Shown here in pieces: positions 1 to 9,346 of a stretch of 40,000 nt of DNA (positions within the stretch are counted from its first letter, which is position 1; each line of letters begins with the position of its first letter). Origin of the DNA: Cyanobacteria bacterium P01_G01_bin.39 (GTDB lineage Bacteria > Cyanobacteriota > Cyanobacteriia > Cyanobacteriales > Xenococcaceae). A program made the translations under genes and the position numbers. The stretch is taken from contig JBCDDK010000008.1 of the NCBI GenBank assembly GCA_039180345.1, forward strand, positions 4,643-44,642. The letters are read 5' to 3'. The notes beneath the pieces were generated by a model. That model was given only the letters and a program-made list of their open reading frames with translations, searched no databases and was not told the DNA's origin.

Positions 1-96
1 GACTCAGTTCCTATTAAAATGCTGGTTTCGCAACTACTGTCAAGAATAAATCGAAAACTTAATTTTGCCAACAAAGCTAAATTTTCTAAGTCATAG
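1..96 (+). CDS. possible C-terminal fragment of an upstream gene cut by the window edge
   Basis: Frame 1 is open from base 1 to the TAG at 94-96 (DSVPIKMLVSQLLSRINRKLNFANKAKFSKS*). It is too short to assign a family and is called from the open frame only. Confidence 0.2.
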   Translation, partial: DSVPIKMLVSQLLSRINRKLNFANKAKFSKS

Positions 97-157
97 TTTA
101 TTCAGGTCAAGCTTGATCTATAAAAGCGATTTTTGTACAACAAATTTATTCTCCTAG

Positions 158-1303
158 ATGAAAAATATGAATAAAAAAGAAATATTAATCATCTTTCCCA
201 ACGAATGGTTAGCTTATACTCCAACAGTTCTTAACATAGTAGCCAAACTAAAAGATTCATTTGAAATTAAGGTTTTGGCAATAGATGATGGACTTTACAA
301 TAATAATAATTTAGTTGCTCAGGAATTTCAATTTATTAAAGTTAATAAAATTGTGCGCCAGCTTGTTAAGTTTATAGATTTGTTTTCATTCAAGCTGGGA
401 AAATTTACTGTAAGAGGAACAAAATTTTATCAATTTGTTAAGATTGCCTTAATTTATTATAATCTCAAGAAAATTTGCCGAGATAACGCAAATAGTGAAA
501 TTATTGCTGTAGATTCTATGGGCTTATTTATTGCCCAGAAGCTATTTAAGAAATGCCATTTTCTATCTTTAGAACCACACAAAGATTATTTATTTAGAAA
601 ATCCGATTTGAGTCGGATAGAATCGGCAATAGCTCATAGCGAAGAACGTTATGATTACCTATTTAAAGAGTCATCCATCAATGCTTTTATTATTCCAAAT
701 TCTCCAATATTTGAGAATGGCTTAGAACCTAAACAATATCCATCCTCACCTTGTCGCGGTATTTTCTTTGGCAATGCTACCCAGAGAAATGGCATTTACT
801 ATTGTCTAGACGCAATACGAAGCTCAGAAGACATTTCAATAACAGTCAAAGGGGCAATGTCTCCAGAAGTGCGAGAAAATATATTTCAAAATTATAGCGA
901 TTTAATTGATTCTGGTCAGCTCGAAATTGATAATACTTATCTTCAACAAGAAGAAATAATTGAATATCTTTCAAGGTTTTGGTTTGGATTTTGCTTTTAT
1001 AATTTTGGATACGTAGATGAAGTGACTCATTTTAACTTTACTTCTGTTCCTTCAGGTAAGATGTTCAATTACTATGCAGCAGGTGTTCCAGTTATTGGCT
1101 CAAATATTTTGGGTTTAAAAAGCGTGAGAGACTTTGATGCAGGAATTTTATTAGACAAACCATCCCCAGAGACAATTTTTCTAGCAATCAAGCAAATATT
1201 AATCGAGCATCAAAAGTATCGCCAGAATTGCTTGAAAGCAGCAGAACATTTTGATTTTGACAAGTCGGTAAACAAGTTTAAAGAGTATCTTCTTCTAAAA
1301 TAA
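158..1303 (+). CDS. putative glycosyltransferase (GT-B-like C-terminal half), family uncertain
   Basis: 381 aa ORF. The C-terminal segment PSGKMFNYYAAGVPVIGSNILGLKSV resembles the nucleotide-sugar-binding end of GT-B/GT4 enzymes. It is the first gene of a co-directional glycan locus. I recognised no canonical EX7E motif. Confidence 0.45.
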   Translation: MKNMNKKEILIIFPNEWLAYTPTVLNIVAKLKDSFEIKVLAIDDGLYNNNNLVAQEFQFIKVNKIVRQLVKFIDLFSFKLGKFTVRGTKFYQFVKIALIYYNLKKICRDNANSEIIAVDSMGLFIAQKLFKKCHFLSLEPHKDYLFRKSDLSRIESAIAHSEERYDYLFKESSINAFIIPNSPIFENGLEPKQYPSSPCRGIFFGNATQRNGIYYCLDAIRSSEDISITVKGAMSPEVRENIFQNYSDLIDSGQLEIDNTYLQQEEIIEYLSRFWFGFCFYNFGYVDEVTHFNFTSVPSGKMFNYYAAGVPVIGSNILGLKSVRDFDAGILLDKPSPETIFLAIKQILIEHQKYRQNCLKAAEHFDFDKSVNKFKEYLLLK

Positions 1304-1438
1304 TTTTACTGTTTTAGAATCAAGAAAAGTTTGTTGTCAAGTGCAGAAAAATCTGAGAAAAATAGCCGTTTTGGCGATAAGTACAATTATCTAATCAAAA
1401 AAGTGGGATATTCCCGTGATTGCTTAAAATAGTATGAC

Positions 1439-2599
1439 ATGAATAGAAATAAAAAAGTTTTGATATGTGGTTACTATGGTTATCATAATCTTGGTGACGA
1501 AGCAATGTTAAGTGGTATTCTCACATTGCTCAAAAAAGTACAACCAGATTTAGTTCCTACTGTCCTATCAAGTAATCCATCCAATACCAAAACGATACAT
1601 TCAATCAAAGCAATTAAACAAGGCGGTAATTTTCTCGACAAATTGCGGAGGCTTTTTCACTATGTGATGAGCGATTACTTCATTCTGGGAGGTGGCGATT
1701 TACTTCGTGATACAGCCAAAAGTTCAATTGCGAATTCCTGGCTTAGTTCGGTACAAAAAGCCATTAAGTTTAAATGTTGTACTATCGTTCTGGGTGTTAG
1801 TGTTGGTGAAATTTTCAAGGATGAAACCAAGAAGTTAATTCCCGAGGTACTTAATCAAGTTGATTATATTGGTGTTAGAGATTTTCAATCGAAGCTCAAG
1901 CTGGAAAATTTAGGAGTTGTGCAAAAAATACATATAGTTAAGGATTTAGCATTAGAAAATTCAGCTAAATATAATTTAAATTTTGACTATTCCCATGAAG
2001 AAAAAAAGCCAATAAATGTGGGAATGGCTGTTCGCAAACTTTCTAACAGAGGTCCGTCTGTTAATCCTCAAACTTATTCTAATGTTGCGATTGAGATAGC
2101 TGCATTCATTGATTTATTGGTAGAAAAGCATGATGTCAAAATTCATATGCTTCCTTTTCAAGCAAGTCAAGTCAGTAGTAGATTGGACAGTGATGATTAT
2201 GCTTGTTCATTGGAGATAGTAAATCTCAGCAATTGTCCAGATAGATTCGTAGTTCACCGCTGTTTTGAATCAGTTGAAGAATATATAGAGATGTCTAGGG
2301 AACTGGATGTTGTGGTTGGCATGCGTTTACATTCTCTAATTCTTGCAGCGGGCATAGGCATTCCAGCTATTGGAATAGAATACGATCCCAAAGTTCGCTA
2401 TTTCATGAATGAAGTTAATCAACTCGAAAATATGGTTCCATTAAATTGTTTAGATAGGCATTGTTTGCTGGCGATGGCTGAAAAAATACTTCAAGATCTA
2501 CCTAATGCTCAAGAAAAGCTAACATCGGGACTAATCACGTACCGCAAAAGTACAGATGAATCAATTAAAACTTTCAAAGAACTATTATCATGCAATTAA
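1439..2599 (+). CDS. polysaccharide pyruvyl transferase family protein (CsaB/WcaK-like)
   Basis: The N-terminus VLICGYYGYHNLGDEAMLSGIL is the typical start of the polysaccharide pyruvyl transferase family. RLHSLILAAGIGIPAIGIEYDPKV lies near the C-terminus. The gene sits among GT genes. Confidence 0.8.
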   Translation: MNRNKKVLICGYYGYHNLGDEAMLSGILTLLKKVQPDLVPTVLSSNPSNTKTIHSIKAIKQGGNFLDKLRRLFHYVMSDYFILGGGDLLRDTAKSSIANSWLSSVQKAIKFKCCTIVLGVSVGEIFKDETKKLIPEVLNQVDYIGVRDFQSKLKLENLGVVQKIHIVKDLALENSAKYNLNFDYSHEEKKPINVGMAVRKLSNRGPSVNPQTYSNVAIEIAAFIDLLVEKHDVKIHMLPFQASQVSSRLDSDDYACSLEIVNLSNCPDRFVVHRCFESVEEYIEMSRELDVVVGMRLHSLILAAGIGIPAIGIEYDPKVRYFMNEVNQLENMVPLNCLDRHCLLAMAEKILQDLPNAQEKLTSGLITYRKSTDESIKTFKELLSCN

Positions 2600-2670
2600 G
2601 AATAAAAAATATTCTTGATAAATAGGGTAAAAAAATTTGAGAACCAGGAATTTACTTAAATTAAATACTA

Positions 2671-3444
2671 ATGTTTAAGATAGCAGTAAAAGAAGCCAAA
2701 TCAGTATTTTATTCTTATCGAAATCAAATCAATATAGCTTTATCTCATTATCCTAAGCTACATTCTAGCGTTAGTGTTTATTTGTATGGATTTAGTAATT
2801 CTAAATTAGTAAATAATCAAACAGATTTAGTAATAGAAGGATTCCCTGGATCAGCTAATAGTTTTGCTGTAAAAGCCTTTCAAATGGCACAGAACAAAGA
2901 ATATAAAATAGCTCATCATTGTCATCATCCTGCTCAAGTAATTTCTGGAATTTATAGAGGTATTCCAACCATATTGTTGATTCGCAAACCTGATGATTGT
3001 ATATTATCTTATACGGTTAGTTCAAATGCCAATATTTTATCTAATGGTTTAAATGAGGGCATAATTATTGATTTGCTACAACAAAATTTAAATAAATATA
3101 TAAATTTTTATTCGACCCTGTATAAATATAAGGATTCATGTGTAATAGGTTTGTTTGACAGAGTAACTCAAAATTTTGGAGAAATAGTTAATTCAGTAAA
3201 TCATAAATACAATACTGATTATGATATTTTCATCCATAATGATGACAATACTAATGCTTGTTTTTCAGAACTAACCAAAAATTTTCGCAATATCTTTAAA
3301 AATAATAGTTTGGAGATGTCAGTCAGAAAACCTTCTTTAAAAAGAAAAGAACTAAAGCAACTAGTGGAGCCTTATCTTATGTCTACATCCTTACATGATT
3401 TGAGAGCTGAAGCTTATGAAATTTATCAAAGTTATAGAGCGTAA
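2671..3444 (+). CDS. sulfotransferase-like protein with degenerate PAPS-binding loop
   Basis: EGFPGSANSFAVKA sits where the 5'-PSB loop (PKSGTT-like) is expected. LLIRKPDDCILSY resembles the 3'-PB motif RxPxDxxxS. The loop lysine is replaced by Gly, so both function and donor are uncertain. Confidence 0.45.
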   Translation: MFKIAVKEAKSVFYSYRNQINIALSHYPKLHSSVSVYLYGFSNSKLVNNQTDLVIEGFPGSANSFAVKAFQMAQNKEYKIAHHCHHPAQVISGIYRGIPTILLIRKPDDCILSYTVSSNANILSNGLNEGIIIDLLQQNLNKYINFYSTLYKYKDSCVIGLFDRVTQNFGEIVNSVNHKYNTDYDIFIHNDDNTNACFSELTKNFRNIFKNNSLEMSVRKPSLKRKELKQLVEPYLMSTSLHDLRAEAYEIYQSYRA

Positions 3445-3554
3445 TTTATAGTCTTCAATAAGAAATATATGAAAAAATTTAAGAATCCCTTTGTTTGTCG
3501 GTTATTGAGTAAATAATCTTAAATTATTGAAATTCATCTTCATTCAGTAAACAT

Positions 3555-4826
3555 GTGATTAAACTAAAAACAGAACTCAAAAAAAGCTCTTTACCAGATG
3601 CTAACACTGTCGAAAAATTAATGGTTCTAGAGCTTTCTGTAGGAGGACATTATCCAGAATACATTGCTCATTTAATTGATCATTGGCAAAAACAGCAGAA
3701 ACCAAGACAGTTAGTGCTGGTGGTATCACCTCTATTTCTAAAGCAACATCGGGATGTAGTAGATTTAGCCAAAAAATATCAACCAGATCAAGTAATCGTA
3801 ATTACTATATCAGCAGCAGAATACGAAAAACTAAAACCATTTGATACAGGTATTAATCGTAATCTTAGAGCATGGCAAGAGTTTCAGCTTTTGCTCAAGT
3901 ATGCCCGAAAATTTCAAGCCAATCATGTATTTATTCCTTATTTTGACACATTACAAATAGCTCTTATTTTTAATAAATCACTTCCGTTCACATACTCAGG
4001 AATATATTTTCGTCCCTCATTTTATTACGACAATCTTGTGGGACACCATTCTTCTCGGCAAGACAAATTCCAGCATTGGCGAGAAAAGATAACTTTATCG
4101 CTAGTGCTAAAAAAACCTGAACTTAAAACGTTATTTTGTCTAGATTCTTGGGCAATTAAGTATATTAATCAGCTTTCTCGTGAATCAAAAGCAGTATATC
4201 TACCAGATCCAGTCCAAATCCATCCCAATTCAGTATCAAACATAGAACAGTTCAAATCAAACTTAGGAATTGAGGCTTCGCGGCAAGTACATCTTTTAGC
4301 TGGTGGTATTGGAAAACGCAAAGGATTGGATAAAATCTTAGATTCAATTTGTTTCCTAAATAGTGAGCTATGTCAAAGATTATGTTTTTTAGTCGTCGGA
4401 CCAATTGAGGAGAGTTACTATCAAGAATGTCTGGAGAAAGTTAGACAACTTACTAGTAAGTTACCTATACAAATAATCTTTAAAAATCAACACATTTTAG
4501 AAACAGAAATTCAAAAATACTTTCAGATTTGCGACGTAGTTTTAGCCCCTTATCAAAGGCATGTGGGAATGAGTGCCATTTTAACTCGTGCTGCGATCGC
4601 TCGAAAGCCAGTGCTAGCTCCAAATTATGGATTGATGGGAGAAATAACCCGCCGTTATCGGTTAGGAATTGCCATAAATTCAACTCAAATTCCAGAAATT
4701 GCTGAGGGGTTGACTAAGTTCTTAACGGAATCTCCAACTACTTATTGTGACTTTGACTTAATGCAGCAATACGCTGAACAAAATACCCCAGAAAAATTTA
4801 CCAGCATCATTTTTCAGCATATCTAA
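3555..4826 (+). CDS. glycosyltransferase-like protein, paralog A of a diverged pair (partner at 20738-22039)
   Basis: GTG start, 423 aa. It shares long blocks with the 20738 gene: ELSVGGHYPEYIAHL, RNLRAWQEF, KYARKxQAxHVF, SGIYFRP, GKRKGL, APYQRHVGMSxIL, ARKPVL and YGLMGEITRRY. The KRKGL...VVG layout resembles the C-terminal half of a GT-B enzyme. Confidence 0.6.
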   Translation: MIKLKTELKKSSLPDANTVEKLMVLELSVGGHYPEYIAHLIDHWQKQQKPRQLVLVVSPLFLKQHRDVVDLAKKYQPDQVIVITISAAEYEKLKPFDTGINRNLRAWQEFQLLLKYARKFQANHVFIPYFDTLQIALIFNKSLPFTYSGIYFRPSFYYDNLVGHHSSRQDKFQHWREKITLSLVLKKPELKTLFCLDSWAIKYINQLSRESKAVYLPDPVQIHPNSVSNIEQFKSNLGIEASRQVHLLAGGIGKRKGLDKILDSICFLNSELCQRLCFLVVGPIEESYYQECLEKVRQLTSKLPIQIIFKNQHILETEIQKYFQICDVVLAPYQRHVGMSAILTRAAIARKPVLAPNYGLMGEITRRYRLGIAINSTQIPEIAEGLTKFLTESPTTYCDFDLMQQYAEQNTPEKFTSIIFQHI

Positions 4827-4839
4827 CAATTAAAACATT

Positions 4840-5721
4840 ATGAGTTATCAGGCATACGATGTAGCCCGACTACACGGCAGGGATGCAGTTTTTCTAAGTC
4901 GCTATCTATTAGAAAAGGCTTTAGGAAAAATCAAGCATAAACGACTTGTTTTATGTAATTCATATCCCAAAAGTGGAACCCATTTACTTTATCAAATTCT
5001 TTATTCCATACCAGGATTAAATAAATGGGATGATATTGTCTCAATTCAAGCCCTTTGTGGTCTAATGAATACGGCTTCTCATGTTCATTGGAAATTAGGT
5101 TCTGCGCCAGATAACTCAATTGTTAGGTCTCATTTAATGCACTGCCAAGAAGTTATTCAAGCACTGCGAGAATTTGATAGTAAGGTAATCTTTATTTATC
5201 GCGATTTGAGAGATGTAGCAGTATCTCATGCTCGTTGGACTGCAAAAGAACCACGGACTTTCTTGTATGAATATTATTCACGGTTAAATGACTTTGATCG
5301 ACAACTTATGTCTTCGATTAAAGGTGTTCCGGTGGGAACTTTTTTTGGCTCTAATATCTCCCACCCCGATATTGGTCAAGATTTTTCTCGATGGCACAAA
5401 TGGATCTATGAACCCACTGCTTTAGCGATTAAGTTTGAAGATTTGGTTGGTCAAAGAGGCGGTGGATGTGAAGCTACTAGATTGCAAACAATTGAAAAAA
5501 TAGTCAATTATCTGGAAGTAGATTTGCCAGTAAAACAAATAGCTAGCACTTTTACTTCAGATGTCATGAATCCTGAAGAATCTCATACCTTTAGAAAAGG
5601 CGCAAAGGGAACAATTGGGGGATGGAAAGCAGTTTTTAAACCAGAACACAAACGGGCTTTTAAACAGGTGGCAGGTGATTTATTAATCAAATTGGGTTAC
5701 GAAAGCGATTTTAATTGGTAA
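4840..5721 (+). CDS. PAPS-dependent sulfotransferase
   Basis: Has the 5'-PSB motif SYPKSGTHLL and the 3'-PB motif IFIYRDLRDVAVSH. Size is 293 aa. The start lies 13 nt after the preceding stop. Confidence 0.85.
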   Translation: MSYQAYDVARLHGRDAVFLSRYLLEKALGKIKHKRLVLCNSYPKSGTHLLYQILYSIPGLNKWDDIVSIQALCGLMNTASHVHWKLGSAPDNSIVRSHLMHCQEVIQALREFDSKVIFIYRDLRDVAVSHARWTAKEPRTFLYEYYSRLNDFDRQLMSSIKGVPVGTFFGSNISHPDIGQDFSRWHKWIYEPTALAIKFEDLVGQRGGGCEATRLQTIEKIVNYLEVDLPVKQIASTFTSDVMNPEESHTFRKGAKGTIGGWKAVFKPEHKRAFKQVAGDLLIKLGYESDFNW

Positions 5722-5786
5722 TCAGCAGTTCATCTGTATCTGCCTTTGCCTTCTCCAAACAGTCAACATTAAAAAATTAAAAATAG

Positions 5787-6662
5787 GTGAAATCAAATAT
5801 TATGCCAGTAACAATTAATCAAGATAGACATCAAAGAAGTTATGCCGAAATCAAGAAGACTTACGAACTTGAAAAGAAATTAGCTCGAAAACTCAAACAA
5901 GCATCTAAGAATGAAAGAATCAATTTAAATTTATATACAAAAGTATATGATGAGTTTTTTGATCAACTCCCCGAACATCCTGTTCAAAACCTTAAAGACA
6001 ATCCTCAAGCTACTGCATCAGTAGTCGCTCAATGGATGCCAGTAATAGAGCATTTCTTGCATCCTGAAGCTAAATTTTTGGAAATTGGACCTGGTGACTG
6101 TAGTCTTTCTTTAGAAGTAGCTAAAAGGGTAAAAAAAGTCTACGCTGTCGATGTTTCTAATGAAGTGACAAAAAACATTACCATGCCTCCTAACTTTGAG
6201 CTAGTAATTTCTGATGGTTGCACGGTTCCTGTTGAAGAAAATAGCATCGATATTGCTTATAGTCATCAAATGATGGAACATTTACATCCTGACGATGCTT
6301 TTGAACAGCTTCAGAATATATACAAAGCTCTTGCTCCTGGTGGAGTCTATATTTGTATTACTCCTAATCGTCTTAGCGGACCTCACGATACTTCTAAATT
6401 TTTTGATGACATTGCAACTGGGTGGCATTTGAAAGAATATACTGTTAGTGAACTATACGATTTATTTTGTGAAGCTGGGTTTTCTAAAGTTCGTTACGAC
6501 AAAGTAAAACCTAATGCTCATATCAAATTACCGTTAAACTTAGCGACAGTTTCTGCCTTAAGAGTCTCTGAAATTATTGTAGAAAACTTGCCTGCTTTCT
6601 TAAAAAGAAAACTTTCATTGATGTTAAAGTTTCGAGGTATTACTCTGATTGGTCAGAAATAA
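5787..6662 (+). CDS. class I SAM-dependent methyltransferase
   Basis: Motif I is FLEIGPGDCSLSLEVA, followed by the acidic VYAVDVS and the post-I segment PGGVYICITPN. The ORF-track start is GTG 5787. ATG 5802, preceded by AGGTGA, is a plausible alternative start. Confidence 0.85.
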   Translation: MKSNIMPVTINQDRHQRSYAEIKKTYELEKKLARKLKQASKNERINLNLYTKVYDEFFDQLPEHPVQNLKDNPQATASVVAQWMPVIEHFLHPEAKFLEIGPGDCSLSLEVAKRVKKVYAVDVSNEVTKNITMPPNFELVISDGCTVPVEENSIDIAYSHQMMEHLHPDDAFEQLQNIYKALAPGGVYICITPNRLSGPHDTSKFFDDIATGWHLKEYTVSELYDLFCEAGFSKVRYDKVKPNAHIKLPLNLATVSALRVSEIIVENLPAFLKRKLSLMLKFRGITLIGQK

Positions 6663-6692
6663 AGATTTCTTGATTTGTTGTACTAAAAGCTA

Positions 6693-6727
6693 ATAAATAG
6701 ATTTGCTATTGTTGTTTATCTATTTAT
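6693..6727 (+). terminator. AT-rich hairpin (10 bp stem, 15 nt loop) about 30 nt after the methyltransferase stop
   Basis: ATAAATAGAT (6693-6702) is the exact reverse complement of ATCTATTTAT (6718-6727). No U-tract follows, so a terminator role is weak. Confidence 0.25.
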
Positions 6728-6758
6728 CAAGAATACCTACAAAATTCAACAATAAATT

Positions 6759-7907
6759 ATGACAACAAACAAAATATCAGATATGCAAATTGCCTGGCTT
6801 TTACCAAAAATTGGTTTTTTTTGGCAACCAATGTTGAGTGAATTTACCAAGCTTTTTCCCAAAACCAATGTTTTTACAGCTAAATTTCCTAGTTTTGTTA
6901 AAGGATTAGAGAATTCAATTGCAGTCGAAACTATTGGTTCTCCATATCAACTTGGCACAAAAACTCAAGCACCAGGCTATAGCTGTACCATGACTATGGT
7001 ATCGCCAAAAATTGTTTTTCCTTTGATACGCTTTAAACCCAAAGTTATTTTTTCTAATTCTTTTGGTATTTGGACGATCTTTGCTTTATTACTAAAACCC
7101 CTATATAGATGGCGTGTGATTATCGCCTATGAGGGTAGTTCACCAGGAGTAGATTTTGCTAATTCTCCTTTTCGTCTCTGGATGCGCAGGCTAATGATTA
7201 AAGTAGCAGATGCCTGTATTACTAATAGTAAAAGAGGTGAAGCTTATCTTACAAAAGTACTTGACGCTAAGCAAGATCGAGTTTTTGCTTATCCTTATGA
7301 AGTTCCTACTACTGAATCTTTGTCCCATAATTCGAGTCAAGCATTAATTAAATCTAAGCTACAAAGACCAGTATTTCTATTTGTAGGACGCGTGGTTCCT
7401 CGTAAAGGATTGGGTATCCTCCTGAAGGCTTGTAAATTGCTCAAAGATCGAGGCTATGACAACTATACGTTACTAGTGCTAGGAGATGGAGAGGAAAGAG
7501 AAGAGTTGGAAGCTTTTTGCCAAACTCACGAATTAGAAAATGTGGTTGAGTGGAAAGGTTGGATTAGCAATGATAGTTTAAACTCTTATTTTAAAAGTTC
7601 TGATGTATTTATCTTACCAACTTTAGAAGATACTTGGGGAGTTGTAATTCACGAAGCAATGTTATTTAGTAAAGCTATCATTTGCTCTGATGCAGCGGGT
7701 TCATCTGAGTTGGTTAAACATAATTGTAATGGCTATATTTTTCCCTCTCAACAAATAGAAAAGTTAGCTGAATTAATGAGTCAATTTATAGATAATCCCG
7801 ATCTGATTACCCAAATGGGCAAACAATCGCAGCTTCTAATCGCCAATTATACTCCCAAGTCAGCGGCTCAATTCCTGGCGGAAGTAACAGATTCCATCTT
7901 GTCCTAA
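6759..7907 (+). CDS. glycosyltransferase family 4 (GT-B, retaining type)
   Basis: FVGRVVPRKGLGILLKA plus the EX7E-type region EDTWGVVIHEAMLFSKAIICSDAAGSSELV. Confidence 0.85.
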   Translation: MTTNKISDMQIAWLLPKIGFFWQPMLSEFTKLFPKTNVFTAKFPSFVKGLENSIAVETIGSPYQLGTKTQAPGYSCTMTMVSPKIVFPLIRFKPKVIFSNSFGIWTIFALLLKPLYRWRVIIAYEGSSPGVDFANSPFRLWMRRLMIKVADACITNSKRGEAYLTKVLDAKQDRVFAYPYEVPTTESLSHNSSQALIKSKLQRPVFLFVGRVVPRKGLGILLKACKLLKDRGYDNYTLLVLGDGEEREELEAFCQTHELENVVEWKGWISNDSLNSYFKSSDVFILPTLEDTWGVVIHEAMLFSKAIICSDAAGSSELVKHNCNGYIFPSQQIEKLAELMSQFIDNPDLITQMGKQSQLLIANYTPKSAAQFLAEVTDSILS

Positions 7908-8017
7908 ATTTTTACAGATGAAGATGGATACAGAGCGACATTTATTAGTAGAAAGCAAGTCCTCCAATATTTTAGTCGAAGCTTTAGGATTTTCCATTCA
8001 AGAAACAATTTAATTAG

Positions 8018-9163
8018 ATGAATCAAACTTCTATTGCTATTTTCGTTTGGGGTTTAGAAGGAAAAGCAATTGCCAATAATGCAGCCGCAATGTCCCAAGG
8101 GTTCAAAGATTTAGGTATTGAGCAGGTATGGCTAGTATATCTATTTAAAGGTCCTGGTAAAAATGTGGCAGTTCCCCCTGGAGTAACGCTGGTTCCTTTA
8201 GGTATTAGGCGCTCATTTCTCGCTCCTTTATTTTTGGCACAGTTTTTGAGGAAAGAAAAACCAGATGTCCTAATATCTATGCCAACGGTTGTCAATATTC
8301 CTGCAATTATGGGCTGGCTCTTAGCCAGAAGCAGGTCGACTAAGCTTATTCTGAGCGAACACTCAACCATGAGTTATAAGGCTTACGTTGAGTATAAGCA
8401 AGACTTAAGAATGCGCTTGATGCCATGGTTGGCGAGAATTTTTTATCCCCTGGCTGATGGCTTGAGAGCCAATAGCCAACAGGTATTAGACGACTTGCTA
8501 AATAATATTAAAATTCCCATAAAATCAGATTCGGCAACTACTATTACTAATCCAGTCAATATCGAGGCTATTGCCAAATGTGGAGCAGTCAAACCAAGCC
8601 ATCCCTGGTTAGTCAACAAAGATAAGCCAGTTATCCTGAGTGTTGCCAGATTAGCGAAACAAAAAAACTTTCCTTTACTAATTCAGGCATTTGCTATTGT
8701 TCGACAAAAGATTGATGCTCGATTAATCATTGTCGGAGATGGTCCTGAACAAGAAAACTTAACTAATTTGGTGTCTCAACTGGATCTAGAAGAATCTGTT
8801 AGTCTTGCAGGCTTTTCTAACAACCCTTGGAGCTATATGGCAACGTCTGATGTCTTTGCTCTTGCTTCTGAGGAAGAACCTTTTGGTTTAGTTTTGGTAG
8901 AAGCGATGGCTTGTAATTTACCGATAGTAGCTACTGATGCCTTAAGTGGCGGACCTCGTACTATTTTGGAGAGTGGCAAACATGGATTATTAGTTGCCAA
9001 TCAAGATACAGAAGCATTAGCTGACAGCTTGATCCAGATTTTAACTGATGACAACTTACGCGATCGCCTAATTAAAGCGGGAAAAACCAGATGTCAAACT
9101 TATCAGCCAAAAATTATTGCTAAAGAATGGCTGTTGTTTATCAATAGTCTCGACAAAAATTAG
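8018..9163 (+). CDS. glycosyltransferase family 4
   Basis: SVARLAKQKNFPLLIQAF, IIVGDGPE and the EX7E region SEEEPFGLVLVEAMACNLPIVATD. Confidence 0.9.
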   Translation: MNQTSIAIFVWGLEGKAIANNAAAMSQGFKDLGIEQVWLVYLFKGPGKNVAVPPGVTLVPLGIRRSFLAPLFLAQFLRKEKPDVLISMPTVVNIPAIMGWLLARSRSTKLILSEHSTMSYKAYVEYKQDLRMRLMPWLARIFYPLADGLRANSQQVLDDLLNNIKIPIKSDSATTITNPVNIEAIAKCGAVKPSHPWLVNKDKPVILSVARLAKQKNFPLLIQAFAIVRQKIDARLIIVGDGPEQENLTNLVSQLDLEESVSLAGFSNNPWSYMATSDVFALASEEEPFGLVLVEAMACNLPIVATDALSGGPRTILESGKHGLLVANQDTEALADSLIQILTDDNLRDRLIKAGKTRCQTYQPKIIAKEWLLFINSLDKN

Positions 9164-9211
9164 AACGCAACCATAAAAGTATGCTATGGATAAATTATGA
9201 CGGGGTGAGAG

Positions 9212-9249
9212 GGAGACAAGGAGACAAGGAGACAAGGAGATAAGGAGAA
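9212..9249. repeat. tandem octamer array GGAGACAA (3 exact, 1 variant GGAGATAA, 1 partial copy)
   Basis: Read directly: ggagacaa ggagacaa ggagacaa ggagataa ggagaa. The array creates four AAGGAG (Shine-Dalgarno-like) motifs about 100 nt upstream of the 9347 start. Confidence 0.9.
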
Positions 9250-9346
9250 CCTTAAACATACAGGCAAGTCATTTGTTCACTTCAATAATTTGTAGCAAAC
9301 ATGATCGTATTTCATATTAGCGATCGCTGATAAAGCACCAAAAAAA

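Noticed and set aside
8023-8370. A 115 aa antisense ORF inside the GT4 gene. Similar antisense or overlapping ORFs lie at 4480-4683, 4931-5119, 10959-11210, 12603-12951, 14405-14863, 15886-16107, 16985-17233, 20470-20664, 23712-23894, 26100-26321, 28736-29002, 29463-29675, 30489-30671, 30892-31341, 31997-32179, 35171-35362 and 38134-38400.
   Set aside because: All lie wholly within, and opposite to or out of frame with, long ORFs that carry strong family motifs. Their proteins are low-complexity with no recognisable motifs. They are typical shadow ORFs.
9068-9259. A 63 aa minus-strand ORF spanning the spacer after the 8018 GT gene.
   Set aside because: Its N-terminal half (LLISLSPCLLVSLSP) is just the translation of the GGAGACAA octamer repeat, and its 3' part overlaps the end of the GT4 gene. 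There is no independent coding evidence.
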